Shown: piece by piece, positions 22,811 through 35,840 of the stretch | Layout of the letters: each line of letters begins with the position of its first letter | Numbering within the stretch: the stretch's first letter is position 1 | The notes under the pieces: model-generated | What the model was told of the DNA's origin: nothing | Databases searched by the model: none | What the model saw: the letters and a program-made list of their open reading frames with translations, nothing else | Program-made: the position numbers and the translations under genes | Source of the DNA: Rhynchopus sp. YZ270_cl-10 | Lineage: Eukaryota | DNA: 64,000 bases | Direction: 5' to 3' | NCBI GenBank assembly: GCA_964035575.1 | Contig: OZ037839.1 | Span: 558,001 to 622,000 of the forward strand

Positions 22811-24079
22811 ATTACAATAAGAAGAAAAAGGTGTGTTTCTGTGTTAGGGAGAATTTTGGATGATGTAGGAGAAATGAAAGAAGTAGAGCTGCAATACAAA
22901 GCCCTCTCGTGACAGTGCACCTTAAAGAAAGAGTTGGCGTTAAAGGGGCAAGCCCGGAAAACTGACTGTTCCATGAATACGTTTAGACTGGAGATCATGT
23001 GTCCTCAACTTCAGAGTCAAAAAAGTTTTCAAAAAAAAAAATGACAGAGGAGGAAACAGGGGTTGTTCGTTGTTGTTGTCTTTTTTTGTTTCTTGTTTTT
23101 TCTTCTTTTTTTTTCTTTTTTTTCTTTTTTTTCGCGAGCACTTTTTTTTTTGGAGGTTTTTTGTTTTGTTTTGTGCCAAAGAAATAACAAGGATGGGGTG
23201 GGCAATGAGAAAAAAAAAAAAATTGAAAACAAAAAAAAGGTGAAAGAGGGGGAGAGAGAGAAAGAAAACGATGAAACTGGGTTTGTAACACTTTCGTCAC
23301 CTTAGTGTTTTGACGCCTTTATTTTTTCTTCTTTTTTAAACAACACAACAGTATGTAAAATAGCTGCGCCCCATATGCACAGAAAAGTGCACAAAGCGTC
23401 AGCTCGCATCCACGCAGATGGGGGGAAATGAACAAAAAAAAAAATCCCCCCTTTTTCCCTTTTTTTCCAGCCGTTCAATATCTCCGTTGAACGTGTAGTG
23501 TACTATCGCCACACCTTGTACTGGGATGTATCTCGGGGTGGTTCAAACAAGGAGCAACAGATCACAACTTCATATACTCACTTCTCCAGAGGAAGATGAA
23601 CATAAAAAAAAAAGTAGTGGAGCACACTCTAGGGTGGCTACACTAATACAACCAAGTTTTCAAAAAAACAAGAAAAAAAAAATACTTGAAAGATGAATGT
23701 GCTTCTCGCGCGCACATAAAAAAACAAAACGGTTACTTCAAGAGAGAGCCAAATGTAATTTTTTTTTTTTTTAACGATTCCTTTTTTTTTTTGTTTTTGT
23801 TTTTTTTGTTGAAAAATTGATAAACGTATAACCACCTCGCTAATTCACACATCCTATCATTTTCTGTTCATCGCCTTTTTTTTGTTTTGTTTTTGTTTGT
23901 TTTTTTTGTAAGTTCGTCATAATTGTACATAAATGTATGGTAGTAATACGCGGCTTTTGCGTAGCCCGAATACCCAGAGTCTTCGCTATCATGTACCGGG
24001 GGTACCGTCGGTACCTCCAAGGAAAAAAATCGGGGTGAAAAAAACTCGATTTTTAAGGGGTAGTTTGAAAATGTTTTTT

Positions 24080-26444
24080 CATACTGTGGGTGTTATAACG
24101 TTATGGATAACGTTATTTTTGTTATAACGTTATTTTTGTTATAACGTTATCCAATAACGTTATAACAAAAAATAAAAGTGTTATAACGTTATCGATAACG
24201 TTATAACACCGTTATAACTGTTATTTTTGTTATTGCGTTATGGTACCCAGGCACCCGGGCACCCAGGTACCCAGGTACCCAGGTACCCAGGTACCCAGGT
24301 ACCCAGGTACCCAGGTACCCAGGTACCCAGGTACCCAGGTACCCAGGTACCCAGTACACAGTGCCGGTGTACCTGGGTACCTGGGTACCTGTGTACGTGG
24401 GTACCTGGACCTGGGTGCCTGTGCCTGGGCACCTGGGTACCATAACGCAATAACAAAAATAACCCCCAATGACATAACGAAGTATCGCTTGAAAGTACCG
24501 TTCAATATACCTTTCTTGGTGTGCATGAAGTAGCACACAAGCATTGCCAAGGTATATCAACCGATAAATCAATCAGATAAACGTTACATCATTGGAAAAT
24601 TGTTGGCACCGCCCCCCTGTCTTCGTATTTATTACGTCGACAGGCCAAACAGCGTTGGGCTCAGAAGAAGCAGTGCAAGACACTGGGGATCAACATGAGA
24701 ACCAACTCCCAACAACACAGGCTACCGAAGTAGCAGGTGGGGTGTTGCGGGTGTTTGGGGTGAAAGAAAATCGATTTTGGTAAGTTCCAGCAGAAAATTC
24801 TTAAGTTTGCACTAGTCGAGAAGGGTTACCACTTGCCTACTAAATCTTCGTGCATGTGCACCCATTTAAGGGTGGAGAAGCGTGACACGCACATACAAGT
24901 ATGCACGTTACTTCAACAAAGGCTGAATTCTGGTAATTCTAAGGGATGTGAATTACAGCCACCACATGGTTGTCATTAGGCTACTACCTTCGTCGTAGAC
25001 GTATACAAAGGTTTCGCCCCCTTCTCTTTCATGCAAACTTAAGAAAATTCTGAAGTAACTACAACCTGGCGTGCGGGTACAGATGCATTGCTTTGTTCTT
25101 TCCTCAAAGTCATGTGTGATCTCTCGGGTCTGTACTAAAGTCAGTGTTTAGATAAGCATCCACTTGACTCGTTCTAACAACCGTTGAAATCTAGAACAAA
25201 ACAATACACTGCCCCTTCTCACACCAAGCCGCCATGCTTCAAGAGCATGCCCTGGGCAAAAATTACTGTGACAAAAACTGGTTTCTGGGGGAACGCAATA
25301 TTTTCTTGTGCCTAGTCCTCCGCGAGCAGAGGACAGACTTTCCAGAAGGTTTCCAAAGTCGAATTTCTTGCACACGCTATGCTCCCTGGGTTAAATGGCT
25401 ATAGCAGTGACTGACTAAGAGTTTCATAATAATTAGGGTGGTCTATGGGGGTGGTGTAAAACAAAACTAAAATCAATGATGAGTGATTTATTAGAGTATT
25501 ATTAGAGTTTTGTAGATTATTACAAGCTCTTGGCAAGCTCTTGTGATGGGTCTAGGTCTGGGATTTTTCTGTGGAAAATGAGTGGAAACTGTGTAATTAA
25601 GTATTTGTAATTACACGCTTCCACTCCAGACCTGCACAACATATCAGGCAGCAAAAATAAAAAATTCTCAATTTTTTGTGGGGGAAAATTGCTGGGGAAA
25701 ATATTTGGTCTCAAAATCAGCGAGCCGGGGTGACCAAAACAACGGAGGTCGTTGGTTCAATGAAGAAGTGCAAGCGATGACCCATCTGGGACGGAGGAAC
25801 GCGTCTTTATGTATCCTGCATTACGCGGGTACGTCGACCAAGCTCTCCCGGGGTCCTCCAGACCCCCCTTGCACTTTTCACCTCCTCCCTCCCCTTCACC
25901 TACCACCATCGCTTTAGGGAGGCGTCTTTAGCGGTTACACATTGCACGCCTGTAACAGGATTTTGTGCTCGTCAATAATTGCGCGTCAATGAAAACTACT
26001 AATTGTAAGTTATGTTTTGGAAGAATTTTTAAATTGGAACTTTTTTGAGAGTGGCTATTTTTGGGACTCATTTTTTCTCGGGACACATTTTTGGTGGATT
26101 TTTGGTGTGTAGGAGGTAAAAATATGTAACTTTCGGCCATTTTTGGTATTTTTGTTGGCAAAATCTGGCGTTTTTGGCATTTTTGTGGGAAAAAATGTTG
26201 AAAATAACACTCAAATAACACTCCAATAACACTTTTTTTGTTGGATTTTTTTTAAAATATGAAAAAAACATGTTTTTGGGGCATTTTTTTTGTTGTAACC
26301 CCCCCAAAAAAATTTTTTGGGGGGTTTTGGGCACGTTCCGAACCACTCCTGGCCCTTAGAAGTAGATAGGAAAAAAAATAACAAAAATAACACTTTTAAT
26401 AACGTTATTAACGTTATAGATAACGTTATAACACCCACAGTATG
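24080..26444. mobile_element. ~2.4 kb non-autonomous TIR element with decayed interior
   Basis: TIR catactgtgggtgttataacgttat / ataacgttataacacccacagtatg, inserted in a T-run. An empty-site homolog is at ~29071-29160. It is nested in an outer IR (gggggtaccgtcggtacc ~23998 / ggtaccgatggtaccccc ~26533). Confidence 0.75.
24220..24463. repeat. (CCAGGTAC)n 8-bp tandem array folded into a hairpin
   Basis: About 14 units at 24241-24352, then inverted units to 24440, enclosed by IR gttatttttgttattgcgttatggtac / gtaccataacgcaataacaaaaataac. Confidence 0.85.
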
Positions 26445-28112
26445 TTTTTTGTATGTTTTGAAAGTGCTTTGTGCTCTGTTTAATTTTGCTTGATAGTTTT
26501 TTAGACGTGGGGTTGGAACTCAATTTTTAAGGGGTACCGATGGTACCCCCAACGGTACTTCAGCGTCTAGGGCGGAAACTTCTTTTTTTATTACCATACA
26601 TCTATCACTGTTGAAAAACACCCACGCAGCGGAAAAAAAAGGGGGAAGAAGGGGAAAGGGAGAAACAACCTGTTATGTGGACACAGCCACATTACCTTCT
26701 AATTGTAAGATGATCCCACATCTGTTTTAAGTCACCTTTTGAAGGGATTTAAAAAGTAGGGTAAAAGTGTCACTTTGTCGTTCCCTCACCCTCCCCTTTC
26801 TTGTAGTTTTTTTTATGCGTTGACGCTTCCACACACACTATATCTCACCTGTAGGGTGGTAGTGTTGCGGAGCAGGGTTGGGGTGAGGGTGAAACGACGT
26901 GACACTTTCCGCTCACAAAGTAGTGTGCGTAAAAAAAGGGAGGGGGGGGGAAATGGTTGGTTTTTCTCTGTCTTTTTGCTCTTAAAGCCACCAATTTAGG
27001 GGGATCTGTCTATCTACTGAAAGAAAGCTCTTTGTTTTTTTTTGTTTTTTGTTTTTTTTTTTTTTTTTGCAAAAATGGGTGTGCGTTTGTTTTTTTTTTT
27101 TTTTTTGGTCGTGCTTCAAGGCGCTTCGCTCGCGGGAGGGGATGATAATTTTTATTAAAAAATCACTTTTTTTTTTAGAAAAATCTTTTGAGAGAGAGAG
27201 AGAGAGAGAGAGGGAGGGAGGGGGTAAGTCCAAAAACCATTTTGTTATTTACTGTGCTTGTATTAACATTGGGGCATAAATATATTTTTGACACAAATAA
27301 TTTTTCGGGAGGAGTAAAAAAAATAATAATTGAGCCTATCTTCAAAGCCCAATTGGTTTTTGTACTCCGAATTTTGTGTTTAGAGATTTGGTCTTTTTTA
27401 TAATATTTTTTTCTGAAAAAAGAATTTTTTTTGCCATTCCTTTTACGGAACGGAGCAATGTTATGTACGGTCCTGGAAACTCCAAAAAAAAATGGAAGTC
27501 GGCCAGCGAAAGAAGGTGTTGCCTTTCTTTAAACAAACTGGCAAACAAAAGGGAGAGGGGTGTCATCACTCACCATGGCACATCATTGAAATCACATTGC
27601 TTTACCAAGGGTTTTTGAGAAGGGTCAAAAATTTTGTCCATTTTTTTTCGTACAATATCATTACAAGCACAGTACTATTTTTCTCTCTGGTTAGGACTTG
27701 TCGTAATAAGAGGGGATGTAAGGGGAGATGGGGGCTGTTTTATGTGACAGGGGGAATCCGAAAAATGGAAAATAAAAATGGGGGAGGAATTTTTTTTTTT
27801 GAAAGATAAAAATGGGACGGGAGAATAAAAGACGCCCTCACCCAACCACTATCCCCTTTTCAGCTCACTTGTTTTCTCGCTTTTTTTCTGTAAAAATTTC
27901 CCCCTCCCCTGGCCTGAAAAGGGGTACGAAAAATGGTTGATGCGGTCTCGTGCGGAATCACCTTTAAAAAAAGCGCTTGAAAAGATGAAAAAACCTCTGA
28001 TTCACACATCTGAAACGAAAAAAAAAAAGTATGCTTGTGTCTCTCCTTCTCTTTTTTGATCGTTCTTGTTTTGCATTGATGCATCCACCATTTTTAGGGA
28101 CCTTGCACATCC

Positions 28113-28221
28113 CACCTGATTTTTTACCCCGCGTATAGCGTATAGGCGCGTAAAGGCTGGGAAAAACGGGTGGGGTTTGTCCTATCTTTACGCGCCTATA
28201 CGCGGGGCAAAAATCAGGTGG
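28113..28221. repeat. Hairpin / mini-TIR element
   Basis: ccacctgattttt..ccccgcgtata..ggcgcgtaaag pairs with ctttacgcgcctatacgcgggg.aaaaatcaggtgg. Confidence 0.65.
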
Positions 28222-28435
28222 ATATCCCTAAAGGAAAAAGAGAGAAAAATCAGGGCAAAAAGGGCGGGGGAGAGAAAAAAAAATGTGCAGAACTTCCTCA
28301 GTCTTCACGAATCTGAACAAGAATTTCAAAGAAACAAAAGCACGGTTCAGAAGGACTCAAAACGAACTAACCAAGAGGCACATTCCAGCACACAAAAATG
28401 AAATACCATCCCCCCCTTCTTTATTCGTTGTTTGT

Positions 28436-28933
28436 TGGTGCTTCCCGGGGGGTATGCATTTCACAAATTTTCAATTCAATTCACAACTTTTCACAACTAT
28501 TCACCACCCTTTTTTTCTTCGTTGGTGAAGCTTTTAAATGCCGGCATTTGCATTTCCGGAATCCGTCCGGCCAGTGGTGGGGTCAATTTGCCGAAATGGA
28601 CAAGTTCTCGTCATTTCCGCACAGTACGCAGTACACAGGTACACAGGTACACCACATCACGTTCTATCTTGTGAATCCCAAAATACCCCTCAATGGGTGG
28701 GCCACCACCCAACCCAAAAAAAAAACCCCCAAAAAAAATAAAATCAATTCACAACTTTTCACAACTTTTCACAACTTTTCGCACTTTTCACAACTTTTCA
28801 CAATTTTTCACCATTTTTCACCATTTTTCACCAGCCTTCACAATTTTATAGCGGTTTTCGTGTTGTGAAAATTTGTGAAAACTTGTCACATTTTGTGAAA
28901 ATTTGTGAAATGCATACCCCCCGGGAAGCACCA
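28436..28933. mobile_element. MITE with ~38-bp TIR and apparent 5-bp TSD (TTTGT)
   Basis: TIR tggtgcttcccggggggtatgcatttcacaaattttca and its reverse complement. Internal 11-bp TTTCACAACTT tandem. Segment 28541-28610 recurs inverted at ~60097-60166. Confidence 0.75.
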
Positions 28934-30001
28934 TTTGTTGTTTGTTGCATCCATCCAAATAGACTGTGACTTCAGGGTATGACAACATGAATAGAAAGTG
29001 TCACTTCCTCTTCCCTCCGCGTGTAGTTAGTGTGTGATTTACGCTTCTGCACACACCATCTCACACTGTAGGGTGGTTTGAAAATGTTTTTTTGTATGTT
29101 TTGAAAGTGCTTTGTGCTCTGTTTAATTTTGCTTGATAGTTTTGTAGACGTGGGGTTGGAGGAAGGCCTGTAGGGTGGTTCGACCCCACGAAGTAACATC
29201 ACTTTGTTTGTTTGTGCGACAAAAAAACCAGAGGGGGGGAGAAGAAAAAAAACGCAGAAAATATAAAAGACGGAGGTGAAGGCAGCGAAGGGAAGGAGTT
29301 GGAAAATCACCTAAGTGACCACCTAGGTGGCGCAACTAGGGTCTGTACTCAATGTTGTGGCCGAAAGCTTTTTTATTTTTATTTTTGTACCACTTTATAT
29401 TTTTGTAGTTTCGACAATCACCTGTCTGAGGACGGGTTCTGTACACAAAGTTTTTTTTTTATAGTGTCAAAATCGCTTGGGATTTATATTTTTTTGGGAA
29501 GAAAGCTCGCTATTGATCATGATCGACATAATCACCCACTGAGGGTGGGTTATGTGCTCAAATAACACAAAAAGATTTTTTCTGGAATAATGTACTTTGT
29601 TGCACATCGCTTTTTCATTTTTCATTTTTTCTTCATTTTCATTTTTTGTTGTTTTTTCTTCTTTTTCGGAATAATTCTTTTTTTTGTTTTTGTTTTTGTT
29701 TTTGCCTTTTAAAGTTTTTTATTTGCACCCCTTTTCTGTATATTTTCAATACCAAAAATTTTTTTTTGAACGAAACTACCCAGGGAAATAGCTTGGTTTC
29801 CTCCCCCCCCCCCGGGTCGCCCCTCTCCCCCCAGCACACCCCATGCATTTCAACAGATTTTTTTTTTTTTTTTTTTTTTTTTTGGTAATTTTGCATTTTT
29901 TTCCAATCATTTTCTCACCCTCCTCCCCCCCCTCTTTCCCCTTCTGCTTCTGCTTCTCCTTCTCCATTTTTTTTTTTTTTTTTTTTTTTGTATTTCTATT
30001 T

Positions 30002-30907
30002 TTAAAACCTTGGTGAATTGCAGGTTTCAGCGAGGGTAGGTGAGCCGGGTTCGTCGACGGTACCAGCGTCAAGTCTAACATTGTCAAAACCTGTTTGAAA
30101 CCAGCTGTGGCGGATGACTGCTTCAATGCTTAGACGCGACTCTGGGTTGCGGACAAGCATCTTGGAGATGATATCCTTTGCGCCTGAGGAGAAGTCCCGG
30201 CTCATGTCGTACTCCCCTTTCATGATCTTCGCCAGCAGAGTAGGAATATGAGGGTCCACGAAGGGCAGGTACCCCGCAAGCGTAACATACAAGATCACAC
30301 CACAGGACCACACATCCGCGCTAAAACCGTTGTACCCTTCCTTTTCTAAGACCTCTGGGGCAACGTAGTTCGGCGTTCCGCACACAGTCTGCAGCTGCAT
30401 CGAGTCAACCACCTGACCAGATTCCGTTGTAGGCTGAATATTTGAAAGACCAAAATCACTGATTTTGAGACCCTGGTCGGAAAGAAGGATGTTCTCTGGC
30501 TTCAAATCACGGTGCGCCACCCCCTGTTGATGCACGTATCGGACACCCAAAATGAGGTCCTGGAAATACGATCGGGCGATCGATTCTTCGAGACCTTTCC
30601 TCGTGTCGACAATTTTTTGGAAGAGTTCGCCGCCCTCGACGAGCTCCATGACCATGTAAATGTTATTGCTAGTCTGCAGGGTGTCGTAGAGGTTAACCAC
30701 GTTGGGGTGGCTCAGAGACTTCATAATGGAAATCTCACGGTACAGCTGCTTCGCCGTGCGCGTATTCCTGCACAGCATCTCCTTTTTCATGATCTTGACT
30801 GCAACCTTCTTGCCCGTTTCTATCTCGTATCCACGCTTCACCTCTCCAAAGCTCCCTTTACCAAGCACACTCTCCTCCAACCTAAACCGTCCAATAATTT
30901 TTCCCAT
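30002..30907 (-). CDS. Ser/Thr protein kinase, SNF1/AMPK/CIPK-related (CAMKL-type)
   Basis: Motifs GKGSFGEV, VAVK, HRDLKPEN, DFG, LQTVCGTPNYVAPE and DVWSCGVILY. It may have further 3' exons that I could not find. Confidence 0.92.
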   Translation of the reverse strand: MGKIIGRFRLEESVLGKGSFGEVKRGYEIETGKKVAVKIMKKEMLCRNTRTAKQLYREISIMKSLSHPNVVNLYDTLQTSNNIYMVMELVEGGELFQKIVDTRKGLEESIARSYFQDLILGVRYVHQQGVAHRDLKPENILLSDQGLKISDFGLSNIQPTTESGQVVDSMQLQTVCGTPNYVAPEVLEKEGYNGFSADVWSCGVILYVTLAGYLPFVDPHIPTLLAKIMKGEYDMSRDFSSGAKDIISKMLVRNPESRLSIEAVIRHSWFQTGFDNVRLDAGTVDEPGSPTLAETCNSPRF

Positions 30908-33110
30908 TTTTTTGTGTTGTGTTGTTTTTCTGAGTAGGTTTGTTAATATACTTTAGGCAGAAGGGCGAAAAGAGGGTTCCAAGAAGGGGGTGCTTGGCTG
31001 CAAGCATGAAATCTTCGCCTTTTTTTTGAGGATGACATTCCATTTGTTTTGGATTCCCTCAAGCGCGCTGACAGGAAGGCAGGCAACCACCGCTGTGTTC
31101 ATATGATGAAAGTGGACCTGTCGCACAGGGTCCGGGAAGAAATGCAGCAAGAATCCGGACGACGCCGAGAGCTGAGGGCTGAGGGCGCTCCACGGGGAGT
31201 AGTGTCTGCGCAATCTCATCCGCTCACATACCCCATACGGGTCGTAGCGATTGGAAGCACAAAACCGCGTAAAGGGAGCCTCCAGTATGCGGAAGCCATG
31301 GGAATTTTTTGAAAGAAAAAAATGGACGACACGAACAACCTGGGAAAAAAGCTTTTTCCATGTCTCAAGGAAGGAAGGAAGTGTAAAAAATATGCGAACA
31401 TCAGGAGGACAGCACCGACACGTGGCTCTCATGGGAGAAAAGGGAGTCTATGCTTGACGTTGTGATATGTGGACGCAGGCTGGATGCGAAATAGAGGGAA
31501 GAAAACAAAGAGAAAAGGGGTAATGTAGTTTATTTAACTTCCGTCGTTTGTCCTTTTAATGTTACTTTTTCTGTTTTTTGTTTGTTTGTTTTTTTTTGTG
31601 TTAATCGCTGCACTCCCCGACCTACCCCCCTTCACCGCCACGAAGGCGTCTTCGTTGCTACAAAATGTTGCAAATAATTTGTATTTTTTTCCACTTTTTT
31701 TGTACCAATAAAAGAAGGACCCTGTCCTTGGTGATTGGTTTTCCAAAAAGAAAAACGAAACCCCCCTGCATTTAGTGCCTGTTTTTTTTTTTTTTTCTAT
31801 TTATTTTTTTTGCTTTTGTTTTGCTTTGTTTTCTTCCAATGTGGCAACAATGCACCCCACCACTGTTGCACTAATTCTTTTAATTTTTTCGTCTTCCAAG
31901 AGAAAAAAAACAAATGTTAAAATGGCTAGATAAAGGATGTTACGGAACGACACTTTTTAGGGTCTCGCTTTTTTATTTTGTTTTGTTTTTTTATATTTTT
32001 TTTTAATTGTCTCGAGATCCGCTCTTCTCTTAGTCACCTTTAAAAAAACAAAATCTAAGCAGAACACAGTCTCAAAGTTTGCCAAAAAAATAAATCTTTT
32101 TCAGCACACTTTTTTTAAACGGTCACCACCAAATTGGGCTGCACTACGTTAGCCCCTTTGTATAAAAAATCACAACCGCCCCGCCTGAAACCACACTGAG
32201 AGGTATGCCCCCTCCCCCCGAAACGTTAAAATAAAGCGCGGTACAGCCCTGAAGAAAAGAAATTTTGGTGAAGTGGAGATTAAAAGAATCAGAAGACGAA
32301 AGTTAGGGGGGAGGGTTGAGGGGGGGAGGGAGGGGGGAGGAGGGTTGGGCTGTGTTCATGAGTCAGCGAGCCTTTACGGAAAAAGATTAAATTCAGAAAA
32401 GCTTCCGAATTATGGAAAAAGAAAGCGTTTTTTTAAAGAAAAATCGTCAAGATGAACGTCGCATCGTCTCGTTGAGTCCACCTGATTTTTTTTTGAAAAT
32501 TTTGGAGTTTAGTGGTGTTTTGTTTGGGGGGTTTAAATCCCACCAAATTCCATCCATAATTCAATTTCCATCAAAAATCAAATGCAAAAATGTTGCTTTC
32601 TTCAAAAAAAAATATCCATTTAAAAAATACTCCCCTCCCCAACGGATGTGCCCTGCCTCTCCTGGTTAGAGCCGTGGGAAGCTTGAACTGGGGAGAAAAA
32701 AAAAATCAAACAAAAAAAATTCTGGGCGAGAGGGAGGGACCGATTGGAGAGGGGACAAAAAAAAATGCAAAGGAGCAAAACAAAGCCATTGTTAGAACTG
32801 CCCTCCCCTTATTTTCTTTTTTCAAAAAAATTGAACGTGTAGTCAAAAAAACACCATCTTATGTGATCACCCACGCAGATGGTGTGTTTTTTTATCATTA
32901 TGTGTATCACCTTCCTCCCTGGGGGTTGGTTTGACACAAAAAAAAAGTTTGTAAGATGAAATTTAAGCCCACAGAATCACGCTATCCTTCACACCCGATG
33001 GGGTACAGAATCTGAGTCTGGACCCAAAGCTGGAGTCTCTAGTTGAGACTCCATATTTTTTCTAAGGGTCTGGAGAGGGGGTACTGGGGCTGCAGGAGAT
33101 CACCTCCCGA

Positions 33111-34903
33111 TCACGCCTTAGACTTGGTCTTGTTCTCCTCTGCGTCTTCGTCGGCCTCGACTTCCTGTTGATGTGAGGGGAGGGGTTTGGAATGGGTTTT
33201 TATGAAGTTTTTGTTATGTTTGCTTTGTGCTCTTGTTTTTGTTTTGTAACATATTTGCTTTTGTTTGTTTTTTTCTCTTTTTTGTTTTTGAAAACTTGGT
33301 TGTATTAGTGTAGCCACCCTAGAGTGTGCTCCACTATAACTTTTTTGTTGATGTGAGGGGAGGGGTTTAGAATGGGTGGAGACGGAGAGAGGGGTTCCTT
33401 TTGCTTTTGTTTGCAAAAAAAACAACAAATACCTTCACGATGACTGCAAGCTCGTCGTCGGTGATGAATCTGGGTGCCTTCCCCTTCACAAGCTGCACCA
33501 CTTCGATATTGCGCGAACCTGAGAGAGATATGTCAATTCATATGTTTTTGTTTTGAAAATTTGGTTGTATTAGTGTAGCCACCCTAGAGTGTGCTCCACT
33601 ATTTTTTTTGTTTTTTGAAAACTTGGAAAAATCACGTGTCGCAACAGAATATATCCACGCCACGCCCGTTTTTTTTGGCACGCAAAAATTGTGCAAAAAT
33701 GCACCGTCAGATCGAACCCCATTTCCCCTTTTTTGTGTCAGAACGAAGACATACCCTGGTCCACCACCTGGGAAAGCCCGCGGACCGCCATCTTGAGCGT
33801 GTCGTGGTCGTTCATGTCCTCCTTGTAGTTCTTCTGCATGTAGCCTTGCGCCTTCATGTGGTAGCGGCCGCAGGCGACGGCGTTCCAGCGTGCGACGTAG
33901 CCACTGGGCTCTGTCTGGTAGATGGAGGCTGTGCCGTCCTCGTCAATGCCGGCAATGAGGGTGCTCACTCCGAAGGGGCGACGGCCACCGGACTGCGTGT
34001 AACGCTGTGGGGGAGGGGTTTGATCAAATAATACAACACTAATTGTGGTTAGTGAACAAATCGACTGCAAATGGGTTAAAATAGGGAAATATGAGGAAAT
34101 ACTACGGTGTAGCTATCTTCACCCACACATGAAAAAACGGAAACGAAATAGGGGGAGGGTTTGTTAGTTGTACGCTTCCACCAGGTAAATAATTTGCATG
34201 GAATGGCACAGAAGCCGCTTCTGCTACGCCACCTTTACAAAGAAACGTTTGCAAACATGAAACTGAAGCCTCTCGTTTGCTTCGTAACCTTTTGATTATG
34301 ATCGTCTCAAAGCATCCACTGAAATTGCAGAGCGCTTTTATGATGACCAATCCGTAATCAATTCTTTCTGTGGCGACGACGGTGGCGACGTCCATCCTAT
34401 CTCAACACCTCCCAAATAGACAGCATTCTAACATACCTGCTGTGTGTGTGCGACGAACTTAGCGAGCGACTCAGTGTCGATCTTTTCTTCGTAGTTGTAG
34501 TTGAAGCTTTGGCACTCCATACGGGCACGTCCCGCAAGCACACGCGCATCAGCAGTCAGACCTGCAAACGCAAGGTAGATGTTGTCGTCGATGTGCAGGA
34601 TCTTCTTCACTGTTCTCGAGTCCTGCAGCTGCGTTGCCGACTTGACTTCTGCTGCCAACACCTGAACGGGGGTTGTGTTTTGTGTTTTGTGTCATATTTA
34701 TAAATCTCCACACAGTTACACTCACAGTACTCCAAAATAAAGTTTGCCATGCTTGACGATTTTTTGGGGGGTAATCATACCAAGGAGTCCTTCCCCTTCA
34801 CAGCCACAGCGCACGTTCCCTTCTGCACTGCCTCTGTGGCGTACTCAATCTGGGCCAAGTGTCCGTTCGGGCTGAACACGGTAAGCGCACGGTCGTAAGA
34901 CAT
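33111..34903 (-). CDS. PSMA7: 20S proteasome subunit alpha-4 (alpha type-7), 5 exons, 245 aa
   Basis: Exons 34903-34781, 34661-34437, 34004-33755, 33518-33433 and 33164-33111 are joined by GT-AG introns and keep frame. Motifs [33 protein letters not shown] and [14 protein letters not shown]. Confidence 0.93.
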
Positions 34904-35840
34904 ATTGCTCGGTCTGTCTTTTTTTTGTTAGTTCCTAAAGAAAAAGTGTAGAGTTCCTTTTGGTGTGTAGTGGGGAAGAGGGAGGGAGGGGGGGACTCGG
35001 GAGGGGAGGGAGATCTCTACCGATTACACATCGAAGAGCTTCCTATCGGTCGGATGAAAGGGGATGCAGAGCCACGAGTGAGGGGCCAATCATCTATTTC
35101 GTGGTTTACCTCTGACATCTGATATGCGCTACTCCAGCTTCCACTCATCAACCAGATGAATGAAAGCATCATTGAAGACACAAGGGTAATTAGGCCTGTG
35201 TTATGTAGGGTCCGGTTGGTAATCATGATTGTGCAGGGGTGGACATCGTACGCAGAAAAACAACATTAGCTAACTGTAGGCACAGACTGCTCGAGGCGTG
35301 GGGTTTTGTACTTAAAAGAAAGGAATCCACCAAATACGATGTCTTGCCTGTTGAATGTTTGTCATCTAACTTAGGTGGGGGATGAGGGGAGAGGTGTGCG
35401 CGCTGAAGAACTGCGTCCCAAACGGAGGGAAGGGGTGACCGAACGGGTCACCGTTGACCAGGATGGATGCCACTACTTGAACATCCTCCCCACGCGGGTG
35501 AAGAACCTGCAGAGGACGGCCCTGCAAGGCGATGTCAGGAGGTGTGTCGGAGGTGCTCGAGGAGCAGTACACCTTACCACAACCGCGACGAGAGGGGGCT
35601 TCACCCAGGGGGGAGACGGAGAAAGAGGACGACGGCACTGCATAAAACCCCCTTTCATCTTTAGTTCAGTTGGTACGCTACCCACGCCAGACGCTTGTCG
35701 CCTCGAAGACTATATGTACTGGAAAAAAAGGGGGGAAGGCGGCAAATAAGCATCATACGAATAATACGTGATACGTGGTATATTTCTTTTTTTGCAGTTT
35801 TCCCCTATTTGTATTACCCTTACATACACCTCTGTTCTCA

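Noticed and set aside
24241..24440. (CCAGGTAC)n or the 9-bp array at 56021 as telomeric repeats
   Set aside because: Both are internal and enclosed by inverted repeats, and neither is TTAGGG-like.
23934..26600. Outer TGTATGGTA...TACCATACA ends as a Ginger-like element
   Set aside because: The IR is short and the flanks show no matching TSD.
30953..31460. ORFs upstream of the kinase
   Set aside because: No motif is recognisable in any frame, so this may be UTR or decayed sequence.
12081..34903. Functional clustering of the CBS protein with the kinase, or of PSMA7/F-box with the Ubl genes
   Set aside because: Gene adjacency in euglenozoan-type directional clusters generally does not imply shared function, and nothing in the sequence links them.
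35366..35749. GC-rich stretch with short ORFs
   Set aside because: No recognisable domain or supportable exon structure.
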